In this document: positions 9,841 to 19,717 of the stretch, in pieces
How positions within the stretch are numbered: the first letter of the stretch is position 1
Layout of the letters: every line of letters starts with the position of its first letter
Sequence record: PV660454
Strand: one strand, 5' to 3'
DNA from: Escherichia phage LF82-11
DNA: 52,979 nt
Notes under the pieces: generated by a model
The model's input: only the letters and a program-made list of their open reading frames with translations
What the model was told of the DNA's origin: nothing
The model's database searches: none
Program-made: the position numbers and the translations under genes

Positions 9841-10158
9841 ATGTCATTCAAAGTTAAACTGTCCGAGCGCCTCCCTGACTTCCCGCTTGATGTGAAATTC
9901 AACCTTCCGAACGGCACCGAGGCCGAAATTAAATTCACCGTCAAATCACTGAAGGCAAGCGAAGTTCAGGAGCTTTACACCAAGGCTGGCGAGGGCACTG
10001 GCGCTGAGTTCATTACCGCGCTGGCTACCGGGTGGAACCTGGAGGATGAATTTAACGAAGCCAACCAGAACGAGCTGGTAGACAGCTACCCGGCTGTAGT
10101 TCTTGCGCTGGTTTCCGCATACATGGAAGCGCTAGCGGGGTATCGAGCAAAAAACTAA
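9841..10158 (+). CDS. tail assembly chaperone (lambda gpG analogue)
   Basis: 105 aa directly upstream of tape measure; ends 3 nt after a slippery heptamer. Confidence 0.6.
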   Translation: MSFKVKLSERLPDFPLDVKFNLPNGTEAEIKFTVKSLKASEVQELYTKAGEGTGAEFITALATGWNLEDEFNEANQNELVDSYPAVVLALVSAYMEALAGYRAKN

Positions 10159-10469
10159 AAAGGGCAGTCGAGCTAATGTATCGACGAGTGCCCACAGAAG
10201 CAGAGCTTGCCGATTACGGCCTGACAATGGAAGATTACCTAAATGAAGACCCTGAGATCTTAGAGTTTGATTCAGAGCTTTATGCGTCATGGGAAATGTT
10301 TTGCGCGATGCAAACACAGTGGCGATCTTCCGGCGTTGGCGCAATTGGCCTTGATTATAACGTGTTGCCTATGTTGTTCCGAATCTATAAAATAGAAGAC
10401 GAAGAACTAGCCTTAAACGACGTGCGAATCATGGAAGCGGAAGCGCTGAAACGTATGCACAAAAAATAA
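9841..10469 (+). CDS. tail assembly chaperone frameshift fusion (gpGT analogue)
   Basis: -1 shift at 10149-10155 joins G ORF to downstream ORF with no intervening stop. Confidence 0.5.
10149..10155 (+). other. -1 programmed ribosomal frameshift slippery site A_AAA_AAC
   Basis: X_XXY_YYZ heptamer in frame of 9841..10158; the -1 frame is open through to ORF 10176..10469. Confidence 0.55.
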
Positions 10470-10490
10470 GCGCCTTCGGGCGCTTTTCTT
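10468..10490 (+). terminator. terminator-like hairpin between chaperone and tape measure genes
   Basis: AAGCGCC-ttcg-GGCGCTT then TTTTCTT. Confidence 0.4.
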
Positions 10491-10503
10491 ATATGGGGGT
10501 TTT

Positions 10504-13203
10504 ATGACCGAACAGTATGCAGGTTTGAGCCTTGAAGTTGACGTGTCGCAGGTTGACAAAGCTGCGGTTTCGCTTGAGAACTTCGCGAAGGCGAATGACA
10601 CGGCTGCGAAGGGTGTTGATAAGTTTATCAACCAGGAGCAGGTTGCACGCCAGAAACAAAAGGAATACGTAGAGGAGATCAAGAAGGGTAACGCCGAGTT
10701 TGCCAGGATCGAGAAGGTCATTGACCCGGCAGTGTCAAAGATCAAGCAATTGCAAACCGCTGGCGCAGATCTCGAAAAGCTATGGCAGAAAGGGCTTGTG
10801 CCTGATGAGCGCTTTTTCCAGTTGGGTGACGTTATCGACACTCAGATCGGGGCGCTGAAGAAGTCACAGCAAGCACTGACTGAGGAAGGCCGCGCAGCAC
10901 TGGAAAACGCGAAGGCGAAAGCACAGGCGCAACGTGACGGCGATCGCTTCATCAAGCAGTTGCAGGAGCAAGCCAACGCCGCAACCATGACCAAGACCGA
11001 GATCTTAGAAATGAAGGCCGCGCAGTTGGGCGTTACGGCACAGGCCGCGCCACTGATCGCAGCCATGAACAAGCAGACTAGCGCCATCAATCTTGCTGGC
11101 ATTTCGGCTGGGCAGTACAACCAGGCAATGCGAATGCTTCCGGCGCAGATCACGGACGTTGTGACTTCATTAGCATCAGGGATGCCTGTTTGGCTTGTTG
11201 CCATCCAGCAGGGCGGCCAGATCAAGGACAGCTTCGGCGGAATCGGTAACACGTTCAAAGTGTTGTTGTCTTACCTCAATCCGCTTAATGTTGGCATTGG
11301 CCTGACGGTTGGCGCGCTGGGCGCTCTCATCTTCCAGGTTGTGAAGGCTCGCGGAGAGATTACGGCAGCGCAGAAAGCCGTTGCAGAGTCATTGGGCATG
11401 ACTGGTGATTACGCCGATAAGCTGGCGTTAAACCTTCGCAACATTGCTGACGCTTCAAAGCAGACAGCAGAGGAGGCGGCTAAGGCTTTCATTTCCACGA
11501 AAGATAAAGCGGCAGAGGCACAGGCCAAACTGATTGATGTTGGTTTCAGCTACGACGAAGCGCGCCAGATGGTTGAGAAGTACAAAGGATCGTCTGATTT
11601 CACTTTCCTTAACACGGAGATTGAGCGCCATCGCCTTGAGGTGCTGGGCATTAAAGATGCGTGGAGTGATGCGGCTGAGGAAGTCAAGAACTACTACACC
11701 GGGGCGAAGGAAGGCAAGCAAAGCGTAGCGCTGGGCGGCGCGATTGACCCTATCATCAAGATCATCGAGCGTGCCAAAAATCTCCAGGTTGAGACTAACA
11801 AGGCGCGAATCGAAGGTAACAAGATCGTAAATGATACCGTCAACCTCGTTGAAAAAGAGTACCTTGCAAGCAACCGCGTTGCTGCGGCTAAGAAGGCTCT
11901 TACTGAGGCCGAGAAGTACGCGAAAACAATCGCGGCATCCGGCAACGCTGAGGCGATCAAGCAGTCGAAAGAGCTGATTGAGATTCGCAAGAAGGAGATC
12001 AAGCAAGCTGAGGAGGCTGAAGCGAAGAAGAACAAGCCTAAGAAAGTTTCACAGGGCGCAATTGTTCGATCGCCTGAAGAGCAGCTTGACAAAGAGCTTT
12101 ACACGCTCAAAGCTCAGTTGAAGGTGTTGCAGGAGCATCAAAACATCGGTGAGCGCATTTCAAGCCAGCGTAAATCATTGTGGAGCGTTGAGGCTCAGAT
12201 CTCAATCCTTCAGGAAGCGCAGAGTAAGCGCCGATTGTCGAATGAGGAAAAGGCGTTGCTGACGAGCCAGCAAAAGGTGCTGGCGATGGCTCAGGAGAAA
12301 GCGGAGTTAGGCGATCAGATTTTGGCTCAAGAGAAGTTAAACGCTCTTAATGACAAATCGCTTGCCTTTGTGATCCAAATGAACCAGTCAGCACAAGCCC
12401 TCAACGAAACACGCGCCATGTGCAACCGTGAGGCAGAGCGTGCGGCGGCGAAGGCTAAGATCACCTCTGATTACATGGCGCAGGGTGGCGGCAAGGATGA
12501 TGCAGCGTTGCAGAAGATGATCAAAGCACAGGACGACTACTACGCGGCTGAAGATGCGAAGCGTGCAGACTGGTTAGCCGGGGCGAAAAACGCCTTTGCC
12601 AACTACGGTGACGCGGCAACGGATATGTACTCCAACGTTGGGCAGATTGCCAGCAGCGCGCTTAACGGAATGTCAGATATGATGGCGGAGTTTCTCATGA
12701 CGGGCAAAGCCAACTTTGAGGACTTCGCGAAGAGCATCATCAGCCAGATCATTAAGATGATCACACAGATGGTAATCTTTAACAGCATTTCCGGCATGAT
12801 GGGCGGCGGCGGTTGGTCATTCGCTGGTGCTGGTTTCTCTGGTGGTGGCTACACTGGCGACGGCGGGAAGTATCAGCCAGCCGGAACGGTTCACCGTGGC
12901 GAGTTTGTCATGACCAAGGAAGCAACAAAGAGGATTGGCGTTGACAACCTGTATCGACTGATGCGAGGCTATGCTAACGGCGGTTATGTTGGCGGCTCAT
13001 CTTCCGGCACTGGTGCTGGCGGTAGCTTCGGCGGCGGATTCTCTCTGACGATTGGCAGCATCCCGGTTGACGTGAACAACGGAGGCGATCCGAAAGGCAT
13101 GGAGCAGGGAATTAAGGCAATCTTCCAGCAGATGATTCAGGAGTCATGCGCGCAGGGAGGAGAGGTTTACAACTTCATTCAACAGAAAACAGGAGCGGGT
13201 TAA
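10504..13203 (+). CDS. tape measure protein
   Basis: 899 aa, long coiled-coil-rich central region, Gly-rich C-terminus, position after G/GT. Confidence 0.85.
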   Translation: MTEQYAGLSLEVDVSQVDKAAVSLENFAKANDTAAKGVDKFINQEQVARQKQKEYVEEIKKGNAEFARIEKVIDPAVSKIKQLQTAGADLEKLWQKGLVPDERFFQLGDVIDTQIGALKKSQQALTEEGRAALENAKAKAQAQRDGDRFIKQLQEQANAATMTKTEILEMKAAQLGVTAQAAPLIAAMNKQTSAINLAGISAGQYNQAMRMLPAQITDVVTSLASGMPVWLVAIQQGGQIKDSFGGIGNTFKVLLSYLNPLNVGIGLTVGALGALIFQVVKARGEITAAQKAVAESLGMTGDYADKLALNLRNIADASKQTAEEAAKAFISTKDKAAEAQAKLIDVGFSYDEARQMVEKYKGSSDFTFLNTEIERHRLEVLGIKDAWSDAAEEVKNYYTGAKEGKQSVALGGAIDPIIKIIERAKNLQVETNKARIEGNKIVNDTVNLVEKEYLASNRVAAAKKALTEAEKYAKTIAASGNAEAIKQSKELIEIRKKEIKQAEEAEAKKNKPKKVSQGAIVRSPEEQLDKELYTLKAQLKVLQEHQNIGERISSQRKSLWSVEAQISILQEAQSKRRLSNEEKALLTSQQKVLAMAQEKAELGDQILAQEKLNALNDKSLAFVIQMNQSAQALNETRAMCNREAERAAAKAKITSDYMAQGGGKDDAALQKMIKAQDDYYAAEDAKRADWLAGAKNAFANYGDAATDMYSNVGQIASSALNGMSDMMAEFLMTGKANFEDFAKSIISQIIKMITQMVIFNSISGMMGGGGWSFAGAGFSGGGYTGDGGKYQPAGTVHRGEFVMTKEATKRIGVDNLYRLMRGYANGGYVGGSSSGTGAGGSFGGGFSLTIGSIPVDVNNGGDPKGMEQGIKAIFQQMIQESCAQGGEVYNFIQQKTGAG

Positions 13204-13550
13204 TGGCACTTGATATTTTTAAATGGTGCGTGCAGTTGCAGAATGGCGGTGGCGTGATGAGCGTCACCAACAATGACAGGCAAGTGCAGTTTGGCAACGG
13301 TTTCCGGCAGGTAGGATCTGCTGGGTTCAACACGGAGCGGCGAGAGTATGCGATCGTCTATTTCGGTGAGGACTGGCGCGAGGTTCGGCAATTCCTGCGA
13401 GATCACCGATTGAAACCTTTCGCATTCACGCCACCAGAGGACACGATCGGAATATTCTTGCTGAAGCCTGACACTCTGGCAACCGCACCAAAGGGTAAAG
13501 GTTTGCTTGAGGTAACTTGCACACTTGTAGAACAATTCACAGCAGCGTAA
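13203..13550 (+). CDS. minor tail protein (lambda gpM-like)
   Basis: TAATG overlap with tape measure stop; start set to ATG 13203. Confidence 0.5.
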   Translation: MALDIFKWCVQLQNGGGVMSVTNNDRQVQFGNGFRQVGSAGFNTERREYAIVYFGEDWREVRQFLRDHRLKPFAFTPPEDTIGIFLLKPDTLATAPKGKGLLEVTCTLVEQFTAA

Positions 13551-13590
13551 AATAAAGCCTCCTAACGGGGGCTTTTTTATTGGGGGTAAT

Positions 13591-14337
13591 ATGTCACCAG
13601 CATTTGAGAACGCACTAGCCAGTTTATACCCTGGCGAAATCATCACATTGATAGAGGTTGACGGCACCAAGTTTGGCGCGCAGGTCTACCGCTTCCACGG
13701 CGAAAACATCGCCTTTACTCCTGAAGAGATTCTTGCGGCTACTCAGCCGGGCGGAAGTCTTCAGCCGAAAACAATCACGTTCCAGGGTAACGAATACGGC
13801 GCGCGCCCGTTCGGGATTTCTGGCGTTAACTTCAACGGCAACGGCAAGGCAGGAAAGGTCACGCTCACGCTGTCAAACATTGATAGCCAGGTATCGGCGC
13901 TTATCCGCTCGTATAACGGGATGATGCAAGCGAAGGTCACTATCTGGATAACTCAGAAAGATTTGCTTGCCGACGATGGCACCGTTTCGCCAGGTGACTT
14001 CAGAAAGCTTGTGTACTTCATCGAGCGACCAAATTTTGTGGATCAGAACGTGGCGCGGTTCGAGCTTACCAGCCCATACGATATGGATGGCATCATGATC
14101 CCGGCGCGAATCACTCAGAGCGTTTGCTATTGGGCGCAGCGCGGTTGGTATCGCTCAGGTAAGGGTTGCAGCTACAACGGCAACCGATATTTCGATAAAG
14201 ACAACAATCCGACAGACGACCCAAGCCAGGACGTTTGCGCAGGAACAGCAACGGCGTGCAAGCTTCGCTTCGGCTCAGATCAGGAACTTGATTTCGGCGG
14301 TTGCGCAGTGGCTTCACTTGACAGAAGGAATCAATGA
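13591..14337 (+). CDS. minor tail protein (lambda gpL-like)
   Basis: 248 aa; C-terminal Cys cluster; gene order M-L-K-I-J. Confidence 0.6.
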   Translation: MSPAFENALASLYPGEIITLIEVDGTKFGAQVYRFHGENIAFTPEEILAATQPGGSLQPKTITFQGNEYGARPFGISGVNFNGNGKAGKVTLTLSNIDSQVSALIRSYNGMMQAKVTIWITQKDLLADDGTVSPGDFRKLVYFIERPNFVDQNVARFELTSPYDMDGIMIPARITQSVCYWAQRGWYRSGKGCSYNGNRYFDKDNNPTDDPSQDVCAGTATACKLRFGSDQELDFGGCAVASLDRRNQ

Positions 14338-15062
14338 TGTTACAGCCAAAAATTAAGATGGCAATCTTCGAACATGCGAAAGAGGTTTACCCGCACGAGT
14401 GTTGCGGCGTGGTGACTCAAAAGGGGCGAGTGCAGAAATATTGGCGAGTGGATAACGTACACTCTGATCCTGAAAATCATTTCCAGATGCATCCTGTGCA
14501 ATACGCCGAAATCGAAGACGACGCGGAGCTAACCACGATCGCCATCGTTCACAGTCACACAGGAGACGGTGCAACAACGCTACCGAGCGCGCACGACAAG
14601 TGCATAATGAATGAAATGCAAGTGCCATGGGTTATCGTTAGCTTGCCGGAGGGTGATTTGAGGGTTGTTAATCCAGAGTCAATCCCTCTGATTGGTAGAC
14701 CCTGGGCGCTTGGATCGTATGATTGCTGGGGGCTGGTGATGGCGTGGCACCGTGAGCAGGGCGTGATCTTGAATGACTTCAGAAAGCCCTACGAGTGGTG
14801 GAAGCCGGAGCATGGAGAAAACCTCTATCAAGAAAACTATCTTGCGGAGGGGTTCGTTGAAACAGGTAAAGATCCAGAGCCAGGGGATATGGTAATATTC
14901 CAGCTACAGGCTAACGTATGGAACCATGCGGGAATCTACGTGGGCAACAACCAAATCCTTCATCACGCATTCGGAAAGCTGTCAAGGCACGATATTTATT
15001 CTGGATGGTATCAGGATCACGCGGTAATGATTTGCAGACATAAGGACTTAAAACCATGCTGA
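14334..15062 (+). CDS. tail tip protein (lambda gpK-like, MPN/JAB + NlpC/P60)
   Basis: HSHTGDGATTLPSAHD JAMM-like motif; C-terminal YDCWGLV Cys-His peptidase-like region. Confidence 0.7.
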   Translation: MMLQPKIKMAIFEHAKEVYPHECCGVVTQKGRVQKYWRVDNVHSDPENHFQMHPVQYAEIEDDAELTTIAIVHSHTGDGATTLPSAHDKCIMNEMQVPWVIVSLPEGDLRVVNPESIPLIGRPWALGSYDCWGLVMAWHREQGVILNDFRKPYEWWKPEHGENLYQENYLAEGFVETGKDPEPGDMVIFQLQANVWNHAGIYVGNNQILHHAFGKLSRHDIYSGWYQDHAVMICRHKDLKPC

Positions 15063-15649
15063 AGACGATTAAACTTTCAGGCTCGTTGGGCAAACGCTTT
15101 GGCGTATTCCACAAATTTTGCGTAGACAGCTACCCGGAGGCAATTCGGGCGCTTTCATCCCAGGTTGAAGGATTTAAGGAATACATGCAAAGCGAGGTTG
15201 GATCGCGAATGAGCTACGCAATTTTTGTGGACGGCAAGAACATTGGCGCTACGGATGAGCACGCCTTCGCCATCGCGAAAGAGATTCGCATCATCCCGGT
15301 TCCGACTGGCTCAAAATCTGGCGGACTGTTTCAGATTGTGGTTGGCGCTGTGATCATGGTTGCGGCATTCTATACTGGCGGAGCGTCGCTGGCGCTAATG
15401 GGAACGTTCGCAACGTCAGCTTTCATGATGGGCGGTGCAATGGTGCTGGGCGGCGTGATGCAGATGATCTCACCGCAGCAGGGCGGAATGAAGATGGAAA
15501 TGCAGAGCAGCAAGAACAAGCCATCATACGCATTCGGCGGAGCAGTAAATACCACGGCGGCTGGCTATCCTTTGCCGCTACCATACGGACGACGAACGAA
15601 CGGCGGCGCGGTGTATTCAGCCGCGAGTGTTGCCGAAGATATGAGCTAA
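15056..15649 (+). CDS. tail assembly protein (lambda gpI-like)
   Basis: 197 aa with hydrophobic Gly/Ala-rich C-terminal half, between K and J. Confidence 0.55.
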   Translation: MLKTIKLSGSLGKRFGVFHKFCVDSYPEAIRALSSQVEGFKEYMQSEVGSRMSYAIFVDGKNIGATDEHAFAIAKEIRIIPVPTGSKSGGLFQIVVGAVIMVAAFYTGGASLALMGTFATSAFMMGGAMVLGGVMQMISPQQGGMKMEMQSSKNKPSYAFGGAVNTTAAGYPLPLPYGRRTNGGAVYSAASVAEDMS

Positions 15650-15653
15650 CAGA

Positions 15654-15679
15654 AGCCCGCCTTGCGCGGGTTTTTTTTC
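15654..15679 (+). terminator. rho-independent terminator
   Basis: GC-rich stem then T8; TATAAT follows at about 15685. Confidence 0.5.
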
Positions 15680-15726
15680 GCCTGTATAATGGGTTCTTCT
15701 ATAAACCGCACGAAAAGGTAAACACA

Positions 15727-18700
15727 ATGAATAAAAAAGTGTTAGTGCATGGCTCAAAGGGTGGTTCACCAAAGCCGCACACGCCACAGGAAATGGAAGA
15801 CAACTTAATTTCAATCAACAAAATTAAGGTGCTTCTGGCTATTTCTGACGGTGAGATTGATCCTGATTTCAGCCTTAAAGATCTGTATCTCAATGACGTT
15901 CCTGTGCAGTCGAAAGAAGGAACGATGAACTACGATGGCGTGATTGCCGAGTTTAGACCGGGAACGCAAACGCAATCTTACATTCAGGGTTTTACTGACA
16001 CGGCAAGCGAGGTGACTGTAAACCGAGCGCTGAAGCAAGATAACCCTTTCATCTTCCCGGTAACGAACAAAAGCATTTCAGCGGTACGCGTTAAGATCTT
16101 CATGCCTCGCGGCGTAAAGACAGAATCAAATGGAGATATGGTTGGCGTTAGGGTTGAATACGCGATTGATTTCGCGGTTGATGGTGGATCATACCAGGAG
16201 GTTCTTAAGGACGTAATCGACGGTAAGACGATGAGCGGCTACGACAGAACCAAACGGATTAACCTTCCTGAATTCAACGATCAGGTATTGGTGCGCGTGC
16301 GTCGTGTAACGATGGATTCAACAGACGCAAGATTGATTGATGAGATCAGCGTGCAATCATATGCTCAAGTTGTCGATGCTAAATTCCGTTACCCCCTGAC
16401 CGGGCTGTTATACGTTGAGCTGAACAGCGCAATGTTCCCACAAATGCCAAATATCAGCGTCAAGAAAAAATGGAAGCTGGTGAAGGTTCCGAGCAACTAC
16501 GATCCAGTAGCGCGCGAGTATCACGGCACATGGGATGGCAGTTTTAAACAGGCATGGAGCAATAACCCTGCATGGGTGCTTTACGACTTGATCACCAATC
16601 AGAGATACGGACTCGACCAGCGCGAATTAGGGATTGATGTTGATAAGTGGAGCTTGTACGAAGCCGGGCAGTATTGCGATCAGCTCGTGCCGGACGGCAA
16701 AGGCGGAACAGAACCGCGCTACCTGTGCGACGTTGTGATTCAGTCTCAGATTGAAGCGTACACGCTAGTGCGTGATATTTGCTCTATCTTCCGTGGGATG
16801 AGCTTTTGGAACGGTGAAAGCCTATCTATCGTGATTGACAGGCCGCGTGATGCGTCTTACATCTTCACGAATGATAACGTGGTGGGCGGTTCATTCTCCT
16901 ACACGTTCGCCAGTGAAAAGAGCATGTACACAACATGCAACGTGACGTTTGACGATGAGCTGAACATGTACCAGCAGGACGTTGAAGCTGTGTTTGATCT
17001 GGATGCGTCTATTCGATTCGGGCACAACCCGACAAGCATAACGGCGATCGGATGCACGCGACGGAGTGAGGCAAACCGCCGAGGGCGCTGGATTCTGAAA
17101 ACGAACTTGCGCAGCACGACAGTTAGCTTTGCTACCGGGCTTGAAGGTATGATCCCAATGGTGGGCGATGTGATTGCGGTTGCGGATAACTTCTGGCAAA
17201 GCAATCTGACGCTTTCCCTTTCCGGGCGATTGATGGAGGTTTCAGGCATTCAGTGCTTCACTCACTTCCGAGTTGATGCGCGGCCAGGTGATTTCATTAT
17301 CGTTAACAAGCCTGATGGTAAGCCAGTGCGCCGCACGATTGCTAACGTATCAGCAGACGGAAAGACCATTGAACTAAATATCGGCTTCGGCTTTGCGGTT
17401 CAGCCAAACGCGGTATTCGCGATTGACCGTCAAGATCTGGCGCTTCAGCAGTATGTTGTTACCGGAATCAGCAAGGGTGATGGAGACGAGGAGTTTACTT
17501 ACTCGATCACGGCGGTTGAGTACGACCCGAACAAGTATGACGAGATTGATTACGGCGTTAACATCGACGACAGGCCGACGAGCATCATCGACCCTGACAA
17601 CATGCAGCCGCCAGAAAATATCAGCGTTTCGTCATATTCCAGGATCGTGCAGGGCATGAGCGTTGAGACGATGGTTATCGGGTGGGATAAGGCGCAGTAC
17701 GCGAGCACATACGATGTTCAATGGCGCAAGGATAATGGTAACTGGATTAACACTCCACGCACCGCAAACACAGAGGTTGAGGTTGAAGGCATCTATGCTG
17801 GCGTTTACCACGTCCGAGTAAGATCGACTTCAGCGGCTGGTAACTCTTCGCCATGGTCAAGCGTAGTGACGGTGAGCTTAACTGGCAAGGTTGGAAAGCC
17901 AGGAGCGCCGACGAGCATCACGGCGAGCACGGATGAGGTGTTTGGTATTCGCGTTAAGTGGGGTATGCCAGCAGGATCAGAGGACACGGCCTACATCGAG
18001 CTTCACCAGTCGAAAGACGGAACGCCGGACAATGCAAGCCTGTTAACGATGATTCCTTATCCTCAGTTTGAATACTGGCACGCGGTGCTCCCGGCTGGTT
18101 ATGTGAACTGGTATCGGGCGCGAGCAGTTGACCGAATCGGCAACGTCTCTGATTGGTCTGACTTCGCACGCGGCATGGCTTCGGATGATGTGGATCAGAT
18201 TTTGGACGTTATCAAGATTGACATTGAGGACAGCGAGATTTTCAAAGAGCTTGCCGAAAATGCAGTTGATACCGCCAACAAGATCAAAGACCAGGCGCAG
18301 ACGGATATTCAGAACGCATTAGCGAATGACTACAACCTGCAATGGACTCGCAAGCAGAACGGCGCACGTAAGGCCGAATACGGTCAAGCGGTGATTCTCA
18401 TTGCCAATGAGACAGAAGCTCGTGTAGCGGCGATTGAGGAGCTTAGAGCGTCAATCAATGACGATATCATTGCTCAAATCAAAACGATTCGAGAAGCGGT
18501 AGCAAATGAGGAGGAGGCACGAGTTAAGGCGGTTCAGGAGCTTGACGCTAAGTTTGCCGGGCAGATTGGAGACTTGCAGACAGCAACAGAGGCGAGCGTA
18601 TCGCGTCTGGATGAGGCGATCGCAAATGAGTCAGAGGCAAGAACTCAGGCAATTTCACAACTCGATGCGAAGTTCCAGGGCGTCATTGATGGAGTTAAGG

Positions 18701-19278
18701 CCGACACTGAAGCCAGCATTACGCGAGTTGATAAAGCCATTGCTAGCGAGACTCAAGCCAGGGTTGAGGCAGATACAGCGCTTGGTGTTCGGGTTGGTAA
18801 CACTGAATCCGCCATCACGCAAAAGCTTGATTCATGGATTCAGAACGGGCAGCCGGGAGCGTCGTATAACGTCAAGTTGGGTATCAAGTACAACGGGCAG
18901 GAGTATAGCGCAGGGATGGGGATGCAGTTGGTTAGCGATCAGTATGGCGTTAGATCGCAAATCCTGTTTGACGCTGACCGATTCGCAGTTGGCAAGATTG
19001 AGAATGGCTCTATTCGTCAGTTGCCGTTTGTGATTGAGGGTAATCAGGTATTCATTCGTGATGCGCTGATTAAAAACGGCTCCATCACTAACGCAATGAT
19101 CGGAAACGTCATTCAGTCAAACAACTATGTTGCTGGTTGGGCTGGTTGGAGAATGGACAAGAACGGAAACCTTGAGATTAACGGCAGCGCCGGAAACGGA
19201 AGGCTGACCATTAACAACAACATCATTGCCGTATATGATGGTAACGGTGTGTTAAGAGTTCGAATGGGATTGTTCTAA
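15727..19278 (+). CDS. central tail fibre / host specificity protein (lambda gpJ-like)
   Basis: 1183 aa, last gene of tail module. Confidence 0.8.
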   Translation: MNKKVLVHGSKGGSPKPHTPQEMEDNLISINKIKVLLAISDGEIDPDFSLKDLYLNDVPVQSKEGTMNYDGVIAEFRPGTQTQSYIQGFTDTASEVTVNRALKQDNPFIFPVTNKSISAVRVKIFMPRGVKTESNGDMVGVRVEYAIDFAVDGGSYQEVLKDVIDGKTMSGYDRTKRINLPEFNDQVLVRVRRVTMDSTDARLIDEISVQSYAQVVDAKFRYPLTGLLYVELNSAMFPQMPNISVKKKWKLVKVPSNYDPVAREYHGTWDGSFKQAWSNNPAWVLYDLITNQRYGLDQRELGIDVDKWSLYEAGQYCDQLVPDGKGGTEPRYLCDVVIQSQIEAYTLVRDICSIFRGMSFWNGESLSIVIDRPRDASYIFTNDNVVGGSFSYTFASEKSMYTTCNVTFDDELNMYQQDVEAVFDLDASIRFGHNPTSITAIGCTRRSEANRRGRWILKTNLRSTTVSFATGLEGMIPMVGDVIAVADNFWQSNLTLSLSGRLMEVSGIQCFTHFRVDARPGDFIIVNKPDGKPVRRTIANVSADGKTIELNIGFGFAVQPNAVFAIDRQDLALQQYVVTGISKGDGDEEFTYSITAVEYDPNKYDEIDYGVNIDDRPTSIIDPDNMQPPENISVSSYSRIVQGMSVETMVIGWDKAQYASTYDVQWRKDNGNWINTPRTANTEVEVEGIYAGVYHVRVRSTSAAGNSSPWSSVVTVSLTGKVGKPGAPTSITASTDEVFGIRVKWGMPAGSEDTAYIELHQSKDGTPDNASLLTMIPYPQFEYWHAVLPAGYVNWYRARAVDRIGNVSDWSDFARGMASDDVDQILDVIKIDIEDSEIFKELAENAVDTANKIKDQAQTDIQNALANDYNLQWTRKQNGARKAEYGQAVILIANETEARVAAIEELRASINDDIIAQIKTIREAVANEEEARVKAVQELDAKFAGQIGDLQTATEASVSRLDEAIANESEARTQAISQLDAKFQGVIDGVKADTEASITRVDKAIASETQARVEADTALGVRVGNTESAITQKLDSWIQNGQPGASYNVKLGIKYNGQEYSAGMGMQLVSDQYGVRSQILFDADRFAVGKIENGSIRQLPFVIEGNQVFIRDALIKNGSITNAMIGNVIQSNNYVAGWAGWRMDKNGNLEINGSAGNGRLTINNNIIAVYDGNGVLRVRMGLF

Positions 19279-19283
19279 TAGAA

Positions 19284-19312
19284 AAGGGAGCCTTGCGGCT
19301 CCCTCTTTTTTT
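19284..19312. terminator. bidirectional terminator
   Basis: GGGAGCC-ttgc-GGCTCCC flanked by T-runs on both strands; between convergent genes. Confidence 0.5.
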
Positions 19313-19643
19313 ACATCACTTTATTGTAGATAACCGGGCTTCGGCTGGTTTGCTGGGTAATCATGTCAAGCTTGTATTCAGCGCCGCGATTCCACTCGAA
19401 GCGTAGCGTATAAGTGTTTACGTCGCCGTAGCACATTACGTGTTTGAACTTGCGCAGGTGCTTATCAAATATCACGTTTGTGCTTTCTTCAATATTCACC
19501 GTCCGATCCTGGCAGTTTACAACCGCCACGGTTGAGCCAGTAAGAGACATTCTGGAAGCGTCAACCGGATATCCGATATTAACGTTCAAAGCCATAGCGT
19601 TTAAAGGAGCTAAGAGAGCCATAGCGAGCATGATTTTTTCCAT
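19311..19643 (-). CDS. secreted/periplasmic small protein (signal peptide)
   Basis: N-terminus MEKIMLAMALLAPLNAMA with AMA cleavage-type site; start moved to ATG 19643 with GAGGAA RBS (track start is TTG). Confidence 0.4.
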   Translation of the reverse strand: MEKIMLAMALLAPLNAMALNVNIGYPVDASRMSLTGSTVAVVNCQDRTVNIEESTNVIFDKHLRKFKHVMCYGDVNTYTLRFEWNRGAEYKLDMITQQTSRSPVIYNKVM

Positions 19644-19717
19644 TGGTGTTTCCTCGATTCGTTTATTTAAATTGATTATATCCACCAATCAGGGCGCGTG
19701 CTTAGCAATTCGTGCTA

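Noticed and set aside
10842-12092. Minus-strand ORFs 10842..11258, 11455..12006 and 11694..12092 inside the tape measure gene
   Set aside because: Antisense to a confidently called 899-aa gene; low-complexity Ala/Ser/Leu/Arg-rich translations typical of off-frame ORFs; no RBS.
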